Source: Candidatus Eiseniibacteriota bacterium (GTDB lineage: Bacteria > Eisenbacteria > RBG-16-71-46 > CAIMUX01 > VGJL01). Taken from it: 64,000 nt of DNA. Location of the stretch: NCBI GenBank assembly GCA_041946735.1, contig JBHGAY010000002.1, positions 102,368-166,367 on the forward strand, given 5' to 3'. Under the pieces are notes generated by a model that did not search any database, was not told the DNA's origin, and worked only from the letters and a program-made list of their open reading frames with translations. Positions 48,989 to 58,623 of the stretch are shown piece after piece. Made by a program: the position numbers and the translations under genes. How positions within the stretch are numbered: position 1 is the first letter of the stretch; every line of letters begins with the position of its first letter.

Positions 48989-50002
48989 TCAGCGAAGCGA
49001 CGGCCCGGCGGCGCTCGCCAGGGCGCGGGCGAGCGCGGCGAAGGCCGCGAGATCGAGCGTCTCGGCCCGCCGCGTCGGATCGATCCCCGCCTCGGAGAGC
49101 ACGCGCGCCGCGAGCGCCCCGTCGCCCAGAGCCGACCGGAGGGCCGCGCGCAGCATCTTGCGCCGCTGCCCGAACGCGGCCGCCAGCGCCTTCTCCAGAT
49201 CGCGCGGATCGCCGGCATCGACCGGCGGCTGCGGATGGAACCGCAACCCGATCAGCGTGGAGTCGACTTCGGGGACCGGCCAGAACGAGCTGGGGCCGAC
49301 GCTGGCGAGCTTCTCCACCGCGGCATGATAGGAGACCCACACGGTGAGGCTGCCGTAGGTGCGCCCCCCGGGCGAAGCGAGCAGCCGGGCGGCCACTTCC
49401 CGCTGCACCAGGAACGCGGCGCGCGAGAACGAGGCGCGGTGCTCCAAGGTCCAGAGGAGGATCGGCGTCGTGATCGCGTACGGGAGATTCCCCGCGAGGA
49501 AGAGCGGCGAGGATCGAGGCGTCCAGCCGCTGGCGCCGGCGCCGTCGCCGTCGCTGGCTTCGCCGTCGTGGCCGTCGCTGGCGGCCGCGCGGCCAGGAAG
49601 AGCGCACGGATCGAGATCGAGGATGCTCCCCTCGAGGAGGTGAAGCCGGCCCGCCGTGATCTCCGGCGCGAACCTCTCGCGCAGGAGCGCGGCCAGACGC
49701 GCGTCGACCTCGACCGACCAGACGCGCGCAGGGCGTCCGGACCCGGTCGCTGGCGGATCGAGAAGCGCTCGGGTCAACGATCCCGCGCCCGCCCCGATCT
49801 CGAGGACGTCGCTGCCCTCCGCGATCTTCATCGCGCGCACGAGGCGGCCGGCCGCGGCCGGATGCACGAGGAAGTTCTGGCCGAGCCGTTTGCGCGGCGT
49901 CACGCCATGGGCGCGCAGCCAGGCCCGCTCCGACGCCGAGCCCTCGCCGCCGCGGCCGCCTTCGATGCCGGCGTCGTCGCCGCCGGCGCCGCCCGGGCTC
50001 AT
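48989..50002 (-). CDS. rsmA: 16S rRNA (adenine1518/1519-N6)-dimethyltransferase
   Basis: The LGQNFL motif, the SAM-binding VLEIGAGAGSLT, and the NLPY motif are present. It has an acidic low-complexity insertion (AASDGHDGEASDGDGAGASG). The ATG at 50002 overlaps the tatD stop (ATGA). Confidence 0.85.
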   Translation of the reverse strand: MSPGGAGGDDAGIEGGRGGEGSASERAWLRAHGVTPRKRLGQNFLVHPAAAGRLVRAMKIAEGSDVLEIGAGAGSLTRALLDPPATGSGRPARVWSVEVDARLAALLRERFAPEITAGRLHLLEGSILDLDPCALPGRAAASDGHDGEASDGDGAGASGWTPRSSPLFLAGNLPYAITTPILLWTLEHRASFSRAAFLVQREVAARLLASPGGRTYGSLTVWVSYHAAVEKLASVGPSSFWPVPEVDSTLIGLRFHPQPPVDAGDPRDLEKALAAAFGQRRKMLRAALRSALGDGALAARVLSEAGIDPTRRAETLDLAAFAALARALASAAGPSLR

Positions 50003-50781
50003 GCGCGATCGGCGGGGTCGGCGGGGAGGTGGAAGAGGCGGATCGCGTTGGAGTCGGTCACGCGCTCGACCTCCTCGATCCCGACCTGGAGGGAATCGGC
50101 GATGGCGGCGGCGATCTTCGGAATGTTCGCCGGCTCGTTGCGATCGTTGCGTCTCGGATGGGGCGTGAGGTAGGGGCAGTCGGTCTCGAGCACCATCCTC
50201 TCGAGGCCGACGGCGCGCAGCAGCGGTCCGCTCTTCTTGGGGCTGTAGGTGACGGAGCCGCCGAAGCCCAGGAGAAATCCGAGATCGCCGGCCCTCTTCG
50301 CGATCGCCTCGTCCCCGGAGAAGCAGTGCAGCACGCCGCGAACCGCTCCGCGCCCCTCCTCCTCGAGGATGCGCAGGACGTCCTCATGGGAAGCGCGGGC
50401 ATGGACGACGAGCGGCAGCCCCGACTCGCGCGCGAACTCCACGTGCCGGCGGAAGAACGCCTGCTGCACGTCGTGCGGCGCGTAGTTGCGGTAGTAGTCG
50501 AGCCCGGTCTCGCCGATCGCCACGATCTTCGGGTCGGGGAGCGCGGCGAAGAGGCGTTCGAGATCCGCGAGCGAGGCGGCGCCGCTGTCGTGCGGATGGA
50601 TTCCGGCCGAGAGGACGATCCGCGGATCGGCGGCGGCCAGCTCCCTCGCCTTCGGCCAGTCCGCCGCGCTGATGTTCACCTCCAGGAGCGCGCGGCCTCC
50701 CGCCTCCCAGTAGCGCCGGAGCACGGCGTCGCGGTCCTTGTCGAAGGCGGACGCGTGGACGTGCGCGTGCGTGTCGATCAT
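49999..50781 (-). CDS. tatD: TatD-family metal-dependent hydrolase / DNase
   Basis: The protein reads MIDTHAHVH..., ...GETGLDY..., ...HCFSG..., ...ETDCPYL. 260 aa. The ATG overlaps the PSP1 stop (ATGA). Confidence 0.85.
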   Translation of the reverse strand: MIDTHAHVHASAFDKDRDAVLRRYWEAGGRALLEVNISAADWPKARELAAADPRIVLSAGIHPHDSGAASLADLERLFAALPDPKIVAIGETGLDYYRNYAPHDVQQAFFRRHVEFARESGLPLVVHARASHEDVLRILEEEGRGAVRGVLHCFSGDEAIAKRAGDLGFLLGFGGSVTYSPKKSGPLLRAVGLERMVLETDCPYLTPHPRRNDRNEPANIPKIAAAIADSLQVGIEEVERVTDSNAIRLFHLPADPADRA

Positions 50782-51752
50782 GCCTCGAATCCTTCGGAGC
50801 GCGAGGCCGCGCGCTCGCCCGGCGCGCGAGCCGCTCTACCGGCGGAGCGGCAGCATCCGCCCGCGCCGCAGCCGCCGCGTTCCGGCGTAGGGCCGTCCCG
50901 CTCCGGCGTATGGGCACCCCGCGCGACGCCGACGCTTGCGTTCCCGCCCTCTTCGCTCTCGCCCTCGCCCTCCCCCTCGCCGTCGTCCTTGAACGCGAGG
51001 CAACAGAGAAGGCGCCCACACATCCCGGAGATCCGCGCGGGGGCGAGCGCGAGGTTCTGGCGCTTCGCCATCTTCAGCGTCACGGGCTCGAAGGCGCCGC
51101 TCAGGCGGGTGCAGCAAAGCGGACGGCCGCATGGTCCGAGACCTCCGAGCCGGCGCGCCGCCTCGCGTTGCGGGATCTGCCGCAGCTCGATCCGGGTGCG
51201 GAAGATCTTGGCGAGGTCCCGCACGAGCGCGCGGAAGTCGATCCGTCCCTCCGCGGTGAAGTAGAAGGTGACGCGGTTGCCGTCGAATTGGTACTCCGCG
51301 TCGAGGAAACGCATCGGCAGGTCCAGCGCCTGCGCCCGCTCCCTGCAGATACGGAGCGCCTCCTCGTCCTCGCTGCGAATCGTCTCGAGATGGCGGATCT
51401 CCTCGGGCCCCGCCTCCCGCAGCACGCGCCGCGGTTCCCGCCGGTCCTCGCTGGCCGCCCCCTCGGCGACGGTGTGGCAGAGCAGGCCGATGTCGATACC
51501 GCGGTCGGCCTCGACGATCAGGTAGGCGCCGGGATCCGGATCGAGCGAGTCGGGAAGCAGGCACCTCTCGTAGCGATGCCCTTTGAAGCGGACCTGCACG
51601 AGCCGGGGCGACGTGCCGCTGCCTGCGCCGCCGCTGGCGGCGGCGGGGCTGCCGGCGCCGCCGCTGCTGCTGGCGGGACTGTTGCCGGCGGCGGGGCCGT
51701 TGCCCGCGGCGCGGCTGCCGGTGCCGGCGGCCGCGCGATCCTCGGATCCCAT
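50778..51752 (-). CDS. PSP1 C-terminal-domain protein (RicT/YaaT homolog)
   Basis: The PSP1 motif reads GLGPCGRPLCCTRLSGAFEPVTLKMAKRQNLALAPARISGMCGRLLCCLAF. ATG at 51752. It has a Gly/Ala/Ser-rich N-terminus and a GEGEGEGESEEGG C-terminus. Confidence 0.8.
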   Translation of the reverse strand: MGSEDRAAAGTGSRAAGNGPAAGNSPASSSGGAGSPAAASGGAGSGTSPRLVQVRFKGHRYERCLLPDSLDPDPGAYLIVEADRGIDIGLLCHTVAEGAASEDRREPRRVLREAGPEEIRHLETIRSEDEEALRICRERAQALDLPMRFLDAEYQFDGNRVTFYFTAEGRIDFRALVRDLAKIFRTRIELRQIPQREAARRLGGLGPCGRPLCCTRLSGAFEPVTLKMAKRQNLALAPARISGMCGRLLCCLAFKDDGEGEGEGESEEGGNASVGVARGAHTPERDGPTPERGGCGAGGCCRSAGRAARAPGERAASRSEGFEA

Positions 51753-52963
51753 CACCGGGACCTCCCCTGCGGCCCGGCCGTGGTGGAGCGCGTCGCCCCG
51801 GGAGCCTCTCCCGCGATCTGCGAAAGCGCCTCGAAGAGCGAGAGGGCGGGATTCACGTTCCGATCGATCGAGTCGACCATCTCCTCGAGCGCGTCGACCC
51901 AGGCGCGCAGCGTCGCGACCGGCATTCGCGCCGCCTCCTTCTCTAGAAGGTCGAGGCGGTCGGGATTCGCGAGCGAATCGGGCGACTGGCCGAACTTCAC
52001 CGCGAGCAGGTCGCGGCACCAGAGGAGCAGCAGCTCGACCGTGCGCCGCGCCGCGTTCGGGTCGAGACTGCGCGACCATTCCCGCGTCTTCTCCTGCGCC
52101 CGCTCGGGATCGACGTGCAGGAGGCTGAGCGCGCGGTCGCGCGTCTCGGGGATCGAGTCTTCGAGGCGAAGCTGGAGCGCGCGGCCGAGGCTCCCTTGCG
52201 CGAGAGCGGCGATCAGGCGGGAGGTCTTCGGCGCGACGCCGAAGCGGGCAGCGAGGATCTCCTCGATCGTCTCGCGGCGGAGCGGGCGGAACCGCACCTG
52301 CTGGCAGCGGGACACGATCGTCGGCAGCAGCATCGACGGCTCCTCGGCGATCAGGATGAGGTGCGTCCCCGGGGGAGGCTCCTCGATCAGCTTCAGGGCG
52401 GATTGCGCGGCGTCCTCGGTCATCCTCGGCGCGTCGGCCAGGATGTAGACCCGCCGCGGGCCCTCGACGAGCGCCATCCCCGCTTCCGCCTTCAGCTCGC
52501 GGACGCGCTCGATCCCGATCGTCGCATTGCGCGCGAACTCGAGCAGGTGGAACGGCCCGGCGGCGTACTCGTGCAGGCGCCGGGCGATGTCCTCCGGACT
52601 CGACTCCTCGTCTCGCGTCGCCGGAAAGAGCAGCCGCAGGTCGGGATGGATCAGCGCGGCGACCTTGCGGCAGCCGAGGCAGGCGCCGCACGGTCGCCGG
52701 TCCGCTTCCGCCCCGCATTCCAGCGCCTGCGCGAGCCCGAGCGCGGTGCGCGTCTTGCCGACCCCGCGCGGCCCATGGAACAGGTAGGAGTGCGGGACGC
52801 GATCCTCGCGCGCCGCGCGCCGGAGTCGCTCGACCGCGTCGTCCTGATCGCGAATACCGGAAAGAATCGGCGGAGCCGCCGGCGCGGCGCCTCCGGAGAC
52901 ACCGGCCGCCTCGGGCTCCTCCTCCCTCGCCCGCCGCCCTCCGCGGCCCCCGCGCGCGGTCAC
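51752..52963 (-). CDS. holB: DNA polymerase III delta' subunit
   Basis: The Walker A is HSYLFHGPRGVGKT, the zinc-module-like region is ECGAEADRRPCGACLGCR, and SRC-like LPTIVSRCQQVRF is present. The GTG at 52963 overlaps the envC stop (GTGA). The stop abuts the PSP1 ATG (TGATG). Confidence 0.7.
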   Translation of the reverse strand: MTARGGRGGRRAREEEPEAAGVSGGAAPAAPPILSGIRDQDDAVERLRRAAREDRVPHSYLFHGPRGVGKTRTALGLAQALECGAEADRRPCGACLGCRKVAALIHPDLRLLFPATRDEESSPEDIARRLHEYAAGPFHLLEFARNATIGIERVRELKAEAGMALVEGPRRVYILADAPRMTEDAAQSALKLIEEPPPGTHLILIAEEPSMLLPTIVSRCQQVRFRPLRRETIEEILAARFGVAPKTSRLIAALAQGSLGRALQLRLEDSIPETRDRALSLLHVDPERAQEKTREWSRSLDPNAARRTVELLLLWCRDLLAVKFGQSPDSLANPDRLDLLEKEAARMPVATLRAWVDALEEMVDSIDRNVNPALSLFEALSQIAGEAPGATRSTTAGPQGRSR

Positions 52964-54198
52964 CGCAGCCACTCCTGCGGATCCATCGCCTCCTCGCCCC
53001 GCCGGATCTCGAAGTGCAGGCAGGTCCCCTTGATCGAGTCGGTGTCGCCGACCTCGGCGATCGTCTCCCCCTCGGCGACCTTCGCCCCCTTGCCGACCAG
53101 CACGCGCGAGCAATGGGCGTAGAGGGTGTAGAAGCCGCCGCCGTGATCGAGGATCACGCAACGCCCGTAGCCGGAGAGCCAGTCGACGAACTCCACCCGT
53201 CCCGCGGCGACCGCCGCGACCGGGGTCCCGGCCGGAGCCGCGATGTCGATGCCGTTGCTCGGCACCTCGGTGCCGAATCGTGGGTTGCGCTCCAGACCGA
53301 AACGGCCGACGAGCTTTCCTTCGACAGGCCAGCGCAGCCCATGGCGCTTGCCGCCCAGGCCCGGGCCGGCCTGCGAGGGAGTCCCCCTCTTCTTCGCTTC
53401 CGCCCGCTCCTTCTCCAGCCGCGCGATCAGGCCTTTGATCTGCGCCTCGCTCTTGGCCAGCTCCTTCTGCCGCTCCTCGAACTTGCCCCGCTCCTTGCGC
53501 ACGCCGACCATTTCGCGCTGCGCCGCCGCCGCCTTCTTGTCCAGCCGCTGCTTCTCGCGAAGCTTCTCCTCCTGGAGCTGGTCGAGCCCGCGCTGGCGCG
53601 AAAGAAGGAGCGAAGTGGCGAGCGCCAGCTCGTCCTTCTGCTGCGCCAGCCAGATCAGGTCGGCGCGATCCTTCTGGATCGCCTGCGAGAGGAGCGTCGC
53701 CCGCGAGAACAGGTCGGCGAACCCCTTGGAAGAGAGGAGCAGCTCCGGCGTTCCCGGCTGGCGGTGCCGCTGGAAGGCGCGCAGGCGCCGGCGCAGCGAG
53801 GAGCCGACCTCCTCCTGCCGCGCAACCTTCTCGTCCAGCTCCCCCTGCCGCTGCTCGAGGTCGCCGAGCAGCGCCCGCTCCTGCGCTTCGAGCTGGGCAA
53901 GATAGCTCTCGGTCAGCTCGCGGTCGCGCCGGATCCGCTCGTCGACCGCCCCGAGGTTCTTCTCCTTGCGCCGCAGCTCCTCGATCTTCTTGCGGTTCTC
54001 CTCCATCTGCCGCTTGAGCGTCTGGAGCTGCCGCTGCCCCTCGATCAGCGGGTCCTCGCTCTTCTGGGACAGGACGGGAAACGCCACGGCGAGCAGCAGC
54101 GCGAGAAGCGCGCCACCGGCGATCGCCGCCGTCCGGCGCGACGGCGAGAGGAGGGCGGAGCGCCGCCCCTTCCCATCAAGAGCTGGTGAGCGCCTCAC
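52960..54198 (-). CDS. envC: murein hydrolase activator EnvC-like (coiled coil + LytM/M23 domain)
   Basis: A signal peptide (AIAGGALLALLLAVAFPVLSQ) from the GTG at 54198. About 250 aa of coiled coil. The C-terminal M23 domain is GIDIAAPAGTPVAAVAAGRVEFVDWLSGYGRCVILDHGGGFYTLYAHCS. Confidence 0.75.
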   Translation of the reverse strand: MRRSPALDGKGRRSALLSPSRRTAAIAGGALLALLLAVAFPVLSQKSEDPLIEGQRQLQTLKRQMEENRKKIEELRRKEKNLGAVDERIRRDRELTESYLAQLEAQERALLGDLEQRQGELDEKVARQEEVGSSLRRRLRAFQRHRQPGTPELLLSSKGFADLFSRATLLSQAIQKDRADLIWLAQQKDELALATSLLLSRQRGLDQLQEEKLREKQRLDKKAAAAQREMVGVRKERGKFEERQKELAKSEAQIKGLIARLEKERAEAKKRGTPSQAGPGLGGKRHGLRWPVEGKLVGRFGLERNPRFGTEVPSNGIDIAAPAGTPVAAVAAGRVEFVDWLSGYGRCVILDHGGGFYTLYAHCSRVLVGKGAKVAEGETIAEVGDTDSIKGTCLHFEIRRGEEAMDPQEWLR

Positions 54199-55072
54199 TC
54201 CGCCGCTCCAGGTGCCGCAGCGCCGGTCCGACCGACGCGATCGAGCTTCCCATCCCCAGCAGAATCGACCCACCCAGGAACAGCAGAATCCAGAGGGGCG
54301 GGAAGAAGAGCATCCCCGGCATCGTTTGCGAGATCGCGAACCGCAGCAGCGCGGCGAGGCCGAGCGCCGCCGCCGAAGCGAACGCCGCGTGCAGCGAGCC
54401 GAGGAGGACGTACGGGAAGCGGATGAAGGCGGAGGTCGCCCCGACGATCTTCAGGATCCGGATCGTCTCGTGGCGGCCGAGGAAGGCGAGCTTGATCGTG
54501 TTCCAGAGGACGATCAGGACGGCGAGGCCGGCGAGAAGCGCGGCGCCCGCCGTCGCGAAGTAGACGTTGCGCAGTCCCCGCTCGAGCGACTGCACGAACC
54601 CGGCGCCGTAGACCACTTCGTCCACGCCTTCGTAGCTGCCGATCTCGCCCGCCAGCTCCTCGAGGACGCCGGGCCGCCGCGCCGCCTGGGGCGTCAAGCG
54701 GATCCGGAAGGCGTGCGAGAGCGGATTCTCGCCGAGCGCGCCGATGACGTCGACGCCGCCCAGATCCTTCTCGACCTCGGCCAGCGCAACGTCGCGCGAG
54801 ACGAACGTCACCTCCGACACCTCGCCGAAGCCGCGGAACGTCTGCCCCAGCTCCTCGATCCGCTCCGGTCCGATCCGGTCGGAGAGGAACACCTCGATCC
54901 CCTTGCGCGCCTCGAGGGCGTGGGCGAGCGTGCGGATGTTGTGTCCGGCCAGCAGGACGACGGCGAGCAGGAAGAGGACGGCGACCAGGGCGGTCAGGCT
55001 GGCGAGCGCGCCCGCCCGGTCGCGCGAGGCGATCTCCCAGGCCTCCGAGAAGAAGAAGCGGAGCCGGCTCAC
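54176..55072 (-). CDS. ftsX: cell division ABC transporter permease FtsX
   Basis: 298 aa with four TM helices and a periplasmic domain between TM1 and TM2. The ATG overlaps the ftsE stop (ATGA). Confidence 0.9.
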   Translation of the reverse strand: MSRLRFFFSEAWEIASRDRAGALASLTALVAVLFLLAVVLLAGHNIRTLAHALEARKGIEVFLSDRIGPERIEELGQTFRGFGEVSEVTFVSRDVALAEVEKDLGGVDVIGALGENPLSHAFRIRLTPQAARRPGVLEELAGEIGSYEGVDEVVYGAGFVQSLERGLRNVYFATAGAALLAGLAVLIVLWNTIKLAFLGRHETIRILKIVGATSAFIRFPYVLLGSLHAAFASAAALGLAALLRFAISQTMPGMLFFPPLWILLFLGGSILLGMGSSIASVGPALRHLERRSEALTSS

Positions 55073-55761
55073 AGCGCCCTCACCCGCCCGCCCGGGACGT
55101 CCCGCACGAGCCTGCCATCCTCCAACGTCACGGTGCGGCTGGCGAACCGGGTCGCCATCGTCTCGTCGTGCGTCGCGACCAGAACGGTTGCGCCGGAACG
55201 GTGCACGCGCCGGAAGAGGTCGAGGATCTCGGCGGCGGAGGAAGCGTCCAGATTCCCTGTCGGCTCATCGGCCAGGAGGATCCGCGGCTCGTGCACGAGC
55301 GCCCGGGCGATCGCCGCCCTCTGCTGCTCGCCGCCGCTCAGCTGATCGGGGAAGGAGTTCCTCTTGTGGTAGAGGCTGACCTGCGTCAGCAGCCGGAGCA
55401 CGATCCGCTGCAAGGTCGGCGTATCGAGCACCCCGGTCATCCGAAGGACGTAGGCGATGTTGTCGAAGACGGTCTTGTCGCGGATCAAGCGGAAGTCCTG
55501 GTAGACGACGCCGAGCCTGCGGCGGAGGCGCGGCAAGTCGCGGTCGCGGATCCGGGCGGAGTCGAACTCGAGGACGCGCACGCGCCCTCGGACCGGCAGT
55601 TCCTCCATGGTCACAAGCTTCAACAGGCTCGACTTCCCCGCTCCGCTCGGGCCGAGGAGGAAGAGCATTTCGCCCGGTTCGATGGAGATCTGGATGTCCT
55701 GGAGGGCGTATTCCTGATGCCCGCCCGGATAGCGAAGCCAGACGTGCTCGAAGCTGATCAT
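55069..55761 (-). CDS. ftsE: cell division ABC transporter ATP-binding protein FtsE
   Basis: The Walker A is LGPSGAGKSSLL, the signature is LSGGEQQRAAIARAL, and the Walker B is ILLADEPTGNLD. Confidence 0.9.
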   Translation of the reverse strand: MISFEHVWLRYPGGHQEYALQDIQISIEPGEMLFLLGPSGAGKSSLLKLVTMEELPVRGRVRVLEFDSARIRDRDLPRLRRRLGVVYQDFRLIRDKTVFDNIAYVLRMTGVLDTPTLQRIVLRLLTQVSLYHKRNSFPDQLSGGEQQRAAIARALVHEPRILLADEPTGNLDASSAAEILDLFRRVHRSGATVLVATHDETMATRFASRTVTLEDGRLVRDVPGGRVRAL

Positions 55762-55941
55762 CGGCGCGCTCGGCGGCGGGCTCGCCTGTCGATTGGTCGG
55801 CTCTGCGGTGGTCGGATCATCGGTCGCTCCCCCGTCCCGTCGTACTTCCTGAGGCCCGGCCTCCGCAAGCCCCGATCGCGCGGCGCGGGATTTTTCGACT
55901 CGCGCGCAGCCGATCGGCCGCGCCGTGCCTCGGCTCCGCGA

Positions 55942-56220
55942 TCAGATCCAGGGGTCGTCGAGGGCGCGCCGCCCGATCTCGCGGACCATCTCGCGCGCCT
56001 GCACGCGCGAGACCTGTCCGGAGGGCACCTCGAGGATCTCCACCTCCTGCTCGTAGCGACCCAGCGGATCGCGCCATCGTATCCGATCCCCGGCCCGGAT
56101 CGTACGAGAGGGACGGGCGACCGAGTCGTTGACCCAGACCCGTCCCTCGGTGCAGGCCTTCGTGGCCTGGCTGCGCGTCTTGAAGAGGCAGAGGGCGTGA
56201 AGCAGGAGATCGAGTCTCAA
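55942..56220 (-). CDS. RNA-binding S4-domain protein (Hsp15-like)
   Basis: From a tentative TTG start at 56220, the S4 fold reads LRLDLLLHALCLFKTRSQATKACTEGRVWVNDS...AGDRIRW. A GGGGG tract lies upstream. Confidence 0.55.
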   Translation of the reverse strand: MRLDLLLHALCLFKTRSQATKACTEGRVWVNDSVARPSRTIRAGDRIRWRDPLGRYEQEVEILEVPSGQVSRVQAREMVREIGRRALDDPWI

Positions 56221-56245
56221 CCCACCCCCGGGGACGCGCGCCGGA

Positions 56246-57649
56246 TCACGGGTTCCGGCGCACCTCCACGAACGTCTTGTTGCGAAGCTCGGCGATGTAC
56301 GCCTCGAGCTTCTTCTGTCTCTCGTCGCGCTCCACCATCGCCCGAAGCTGGTCGCGGACCTCGTCGAACGTATAGTCGGTCTCCGCCTGCTCCCCGAGGA
56401 GCTTGAAGAGGTGGAATCCTCCCTCGACCTTGGCCGGGCGACTGATCTGGCCGACCCGCAGCGAATCGACCGCCCCCTGCGTGTCGCCGAGGAAGTTGTC
56501 GATCGGCAACCAGCCGACATCGCCGCCGGTCTGGCGCGTCGCCGGGTCGTCGGAGTACTTCCGCACCGCTTCGGCGAAATCGATCGCCCCCGAGACGATC
56601 TCCTTGCGGATCTCGTCGACGCGAGCGCGCGTGCGCGACTCGTCGCTCCGGGTCGGCGTGATCTTCACGAGGATGTGCCGCACCTGCGCCCAGGCCCCCG
56701 AGCTGTCCCGGTCCATGACCTGGATCAGGTGGTAGCCGAGGTTCGTACGGATCGGACGGCTCACTTCGCCGATCGGGAGCGTGAAGGCGCGCGACTCGAA
56801 GTTGCGATCTCCGAGATCGCCGGGACCGAAGCGGCCGAGCAGGCCTCCCTGATCGCGGCTGTTCTCGTCGTCGGAGTAGCGGCGGGCGGCTTCGTCGAAC
56901 GCGAGGCCCTTCTGGATCTCCTCGTAGATGTCCTGCGCCTTCTGGCGGTAGGTGCGCTCGATCGTGCTGTCCGGGCTGATCCGCACGAAGAGGTCGAGCA
57001 CCCGAAGGGCGCGTGGCTTCTTGCCGATGTCCCCCTTGTGCTCCTCGAACTGCTTCTGCACGTCGGCGTCGCTGACGACGATCTTCGAGAAGATCTCGCG
57101 CTGGAGGAGCTGGCGGCGCAGGTAGTCCTTGCGGGCTTCGTCGGTGTAGCGCTTGCGGAGATCCGCCTCGGTGATCCCTTCCTTCTGGAGCTGCTTGGCG
57201 AAGCCGTCGGCGCCGAGCCGCTGGCGGTCCCCCTGGATCGCCTCGTCGACCGCGCGCTGGATCGCCGCTTCGTCGACCTTGATCCCCTTCGCCGCCGCCT
57301 CCTTGTCGAGGAGCAGCTCGCTGATCATGTTGTCGAGGATCTGGCGGCGCAGCTCGTTCGCCTGGGACGTGTCGTTCGGATCGACCTGGAACTGAGGGGC
57401 GAGCATGCCGAACTGCTCTTCCACCTCGGAGCGGAGGATCGGATGATCTCCCACGACCGCCGCCACACCGTCCGCCACCTTCGCGGGCGCCCCAGCCGTC
57501 CCGGCCACACCTGCAGCGCCGGCCGCCGGCGCGCTCTGGGGCTGATTCCCCGCCTGAGCCTCGCCGTCGGACGGCAGCGACAACAGGAAACCAGCCGCCG
57601 CCAGCAAGGCGATCCCGAGGAAACTCCGGGACCTGTTCGAAATCCGCAT
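56246..57649 (-). CDS. surA: periplasmic chaperone / peptidyl-prolyl isomerase SurA-like (two parvulin domains)
   Basis: The signal peptide is MRISNRSRSFLGIALLAAAGFLLSLP. The parvulin motifs are DQGGLLGRFGPGDL and TGGDVGWLPIDNFLGD. ORF-track residues 1-102 are junk. Confidence 0.8.
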   Translation of the reverse strand: MRISNRSRSFLGIALLAAAGFLLSLPSDGEAQAGNQPQSAPAAGAAGVAGTAGAPAKVADGVAAVVGDHPILRSEVEEQFGMLAPQFQVDPNDTSQANELRRQILDNMISELLLDKEAAAKGIKVDEAAIQRAVDEAIQGDRQRLGADGFAKQLQKEGITEADLRKRYTDEARKDYLRRQLLQREIFSKIVVSDADVQKQFEEHKGDIGKKPRALRVLDLFVRISPDSTIERTYRQKAQDIYEEIQKGLAFDEAARRYSDDENSRDQGGLLGRFGPGDLGDRNFESRAFTLPIGEVSRPIRTNLGYHLIQVMDRDSSGAWAQVRHILVKITPTRSDESRTRARVDEIRKEIVSGAIDFAEAVRKYSDDPATRQTGGDVGWLPIDNFLGDTQGAVDSLRVGQISRPAKVEGGFHLFKLLGEQAETDYTFDEVRDQLRAMVERDERQKKLEAYIAELRNKTFVEVRRNP

Positions 57650-58065
57650 CCTTCCTCTCCTACCTCTCCCCATCATGGAGAAGCCCACCAGGACAGGCAT
57701 CCGCCGATCCCTCGGGCTTTTCCGTTGCGTACGATATCCCGCGCTCGCTGGCGGGGGCAAATACTCCCTGTGCGACTGTCCGGCCATGGGCGACCGCTTC
57801 TGCCGATCCATGGGCATTCCGCGCCGATCCTTGCGGACTGCGGCACCCCGATGCAGATCGCGGCCGGAGCCGCCGAGCGCCTTGCAGCGTGCACGCGGCC
57901 GTAGCCAGTCCGGCACAGGCGGACCGCAACCTACCCGCGAACTTCGTTTCTTCATGCGACTTCGGTGATCGGCCCCCGTGAACAGGGCCTGGCAGACCTC
58001 TTGCTTCCGGGATTTCGTGCCTCGATCGGTTTTTGGCTAGGGGCCCGAGAGCAGAGGAGCGAGTC

Positions 58066-58464
58066 GTGGTTTCGACCCGGATCGTCCTGATCTCCGATTC
58101 CGTCCGCTTGGCTGGGCGTCTTCGCGCAGCCCTACGTCACGAGGGATACACGACAATGGTGCATGGGTTCGCCGGACATCCGAACTTGATTCTCCTCCGC
58201 TCTTGCCCCGACCTCCTGATCCTCCATGCGAGCCGGGACGCCGCGCACCTGGAGCGCTGGCGCCAGGGAGTCGAGGCGACTCGGCGGCGGCGCTCGCTGC
58301 CGGTCCTCGGGATCGCCCCGCGCCACATGGGCGGGAGGGAGCGTTCGATTCTCGAAGGGATCGCCGATCTCGGCGTTTGCCGGAGGCCCGTGCGCAAGCG
58401 AGAGATTCTGGAGCGGATCGACCCCTGGTCCACCTCCGGGGCTCGACTGCTTCGTGCGAGTTAG
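58066..58464 (+). CDS. stand-alone receiver-like domain protein (pseudo-receiver; His replaces the phospho-Asp)
   Basis: The REC-fold pattern is RIVLISDSVRLAGRLRAALRHEGYTTMVHGF...PDLLILHASRD...LPVLGIAP. An AGAGGAG RBS lies 6 nt before the GTG at 58066. Confidence 0.5.
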   Translation: MVSTRIVLISDSVRLAGRLRAALRHEGYTTMVHGFAGHPNLILLRSCPDLLILHASRDAAHLERWRQGVEATRRRRSLPVLGIAPRHMGGRERSILEGIADLGVCRRPVRKREILERIDPWSTSGARLLRAS

Positions 58465-58623
58465 GGCTCGAGTCGGGGCACGAGTTGGGGGCTCGGAATA
58501 AGGGGGTCGAGCGGGGGCTTCGAGTAGGGGAGTAGGGCGACAAGAGTAGGAGCTCGAGCGAACTTCGTGTGCGACGAGCGAACTTCGCATAGGGATCGCG
58601 ACGGAAACGGCCGAGGACAGGGG

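Noticed and set aside
58033-58065. ORF-track start (TTG) for the receiver-like gene
   Set aside because: The TTG has no RBS. The GTG at 58066 has an AGAGGAG Shine-Dalgarno at ideal spacing.
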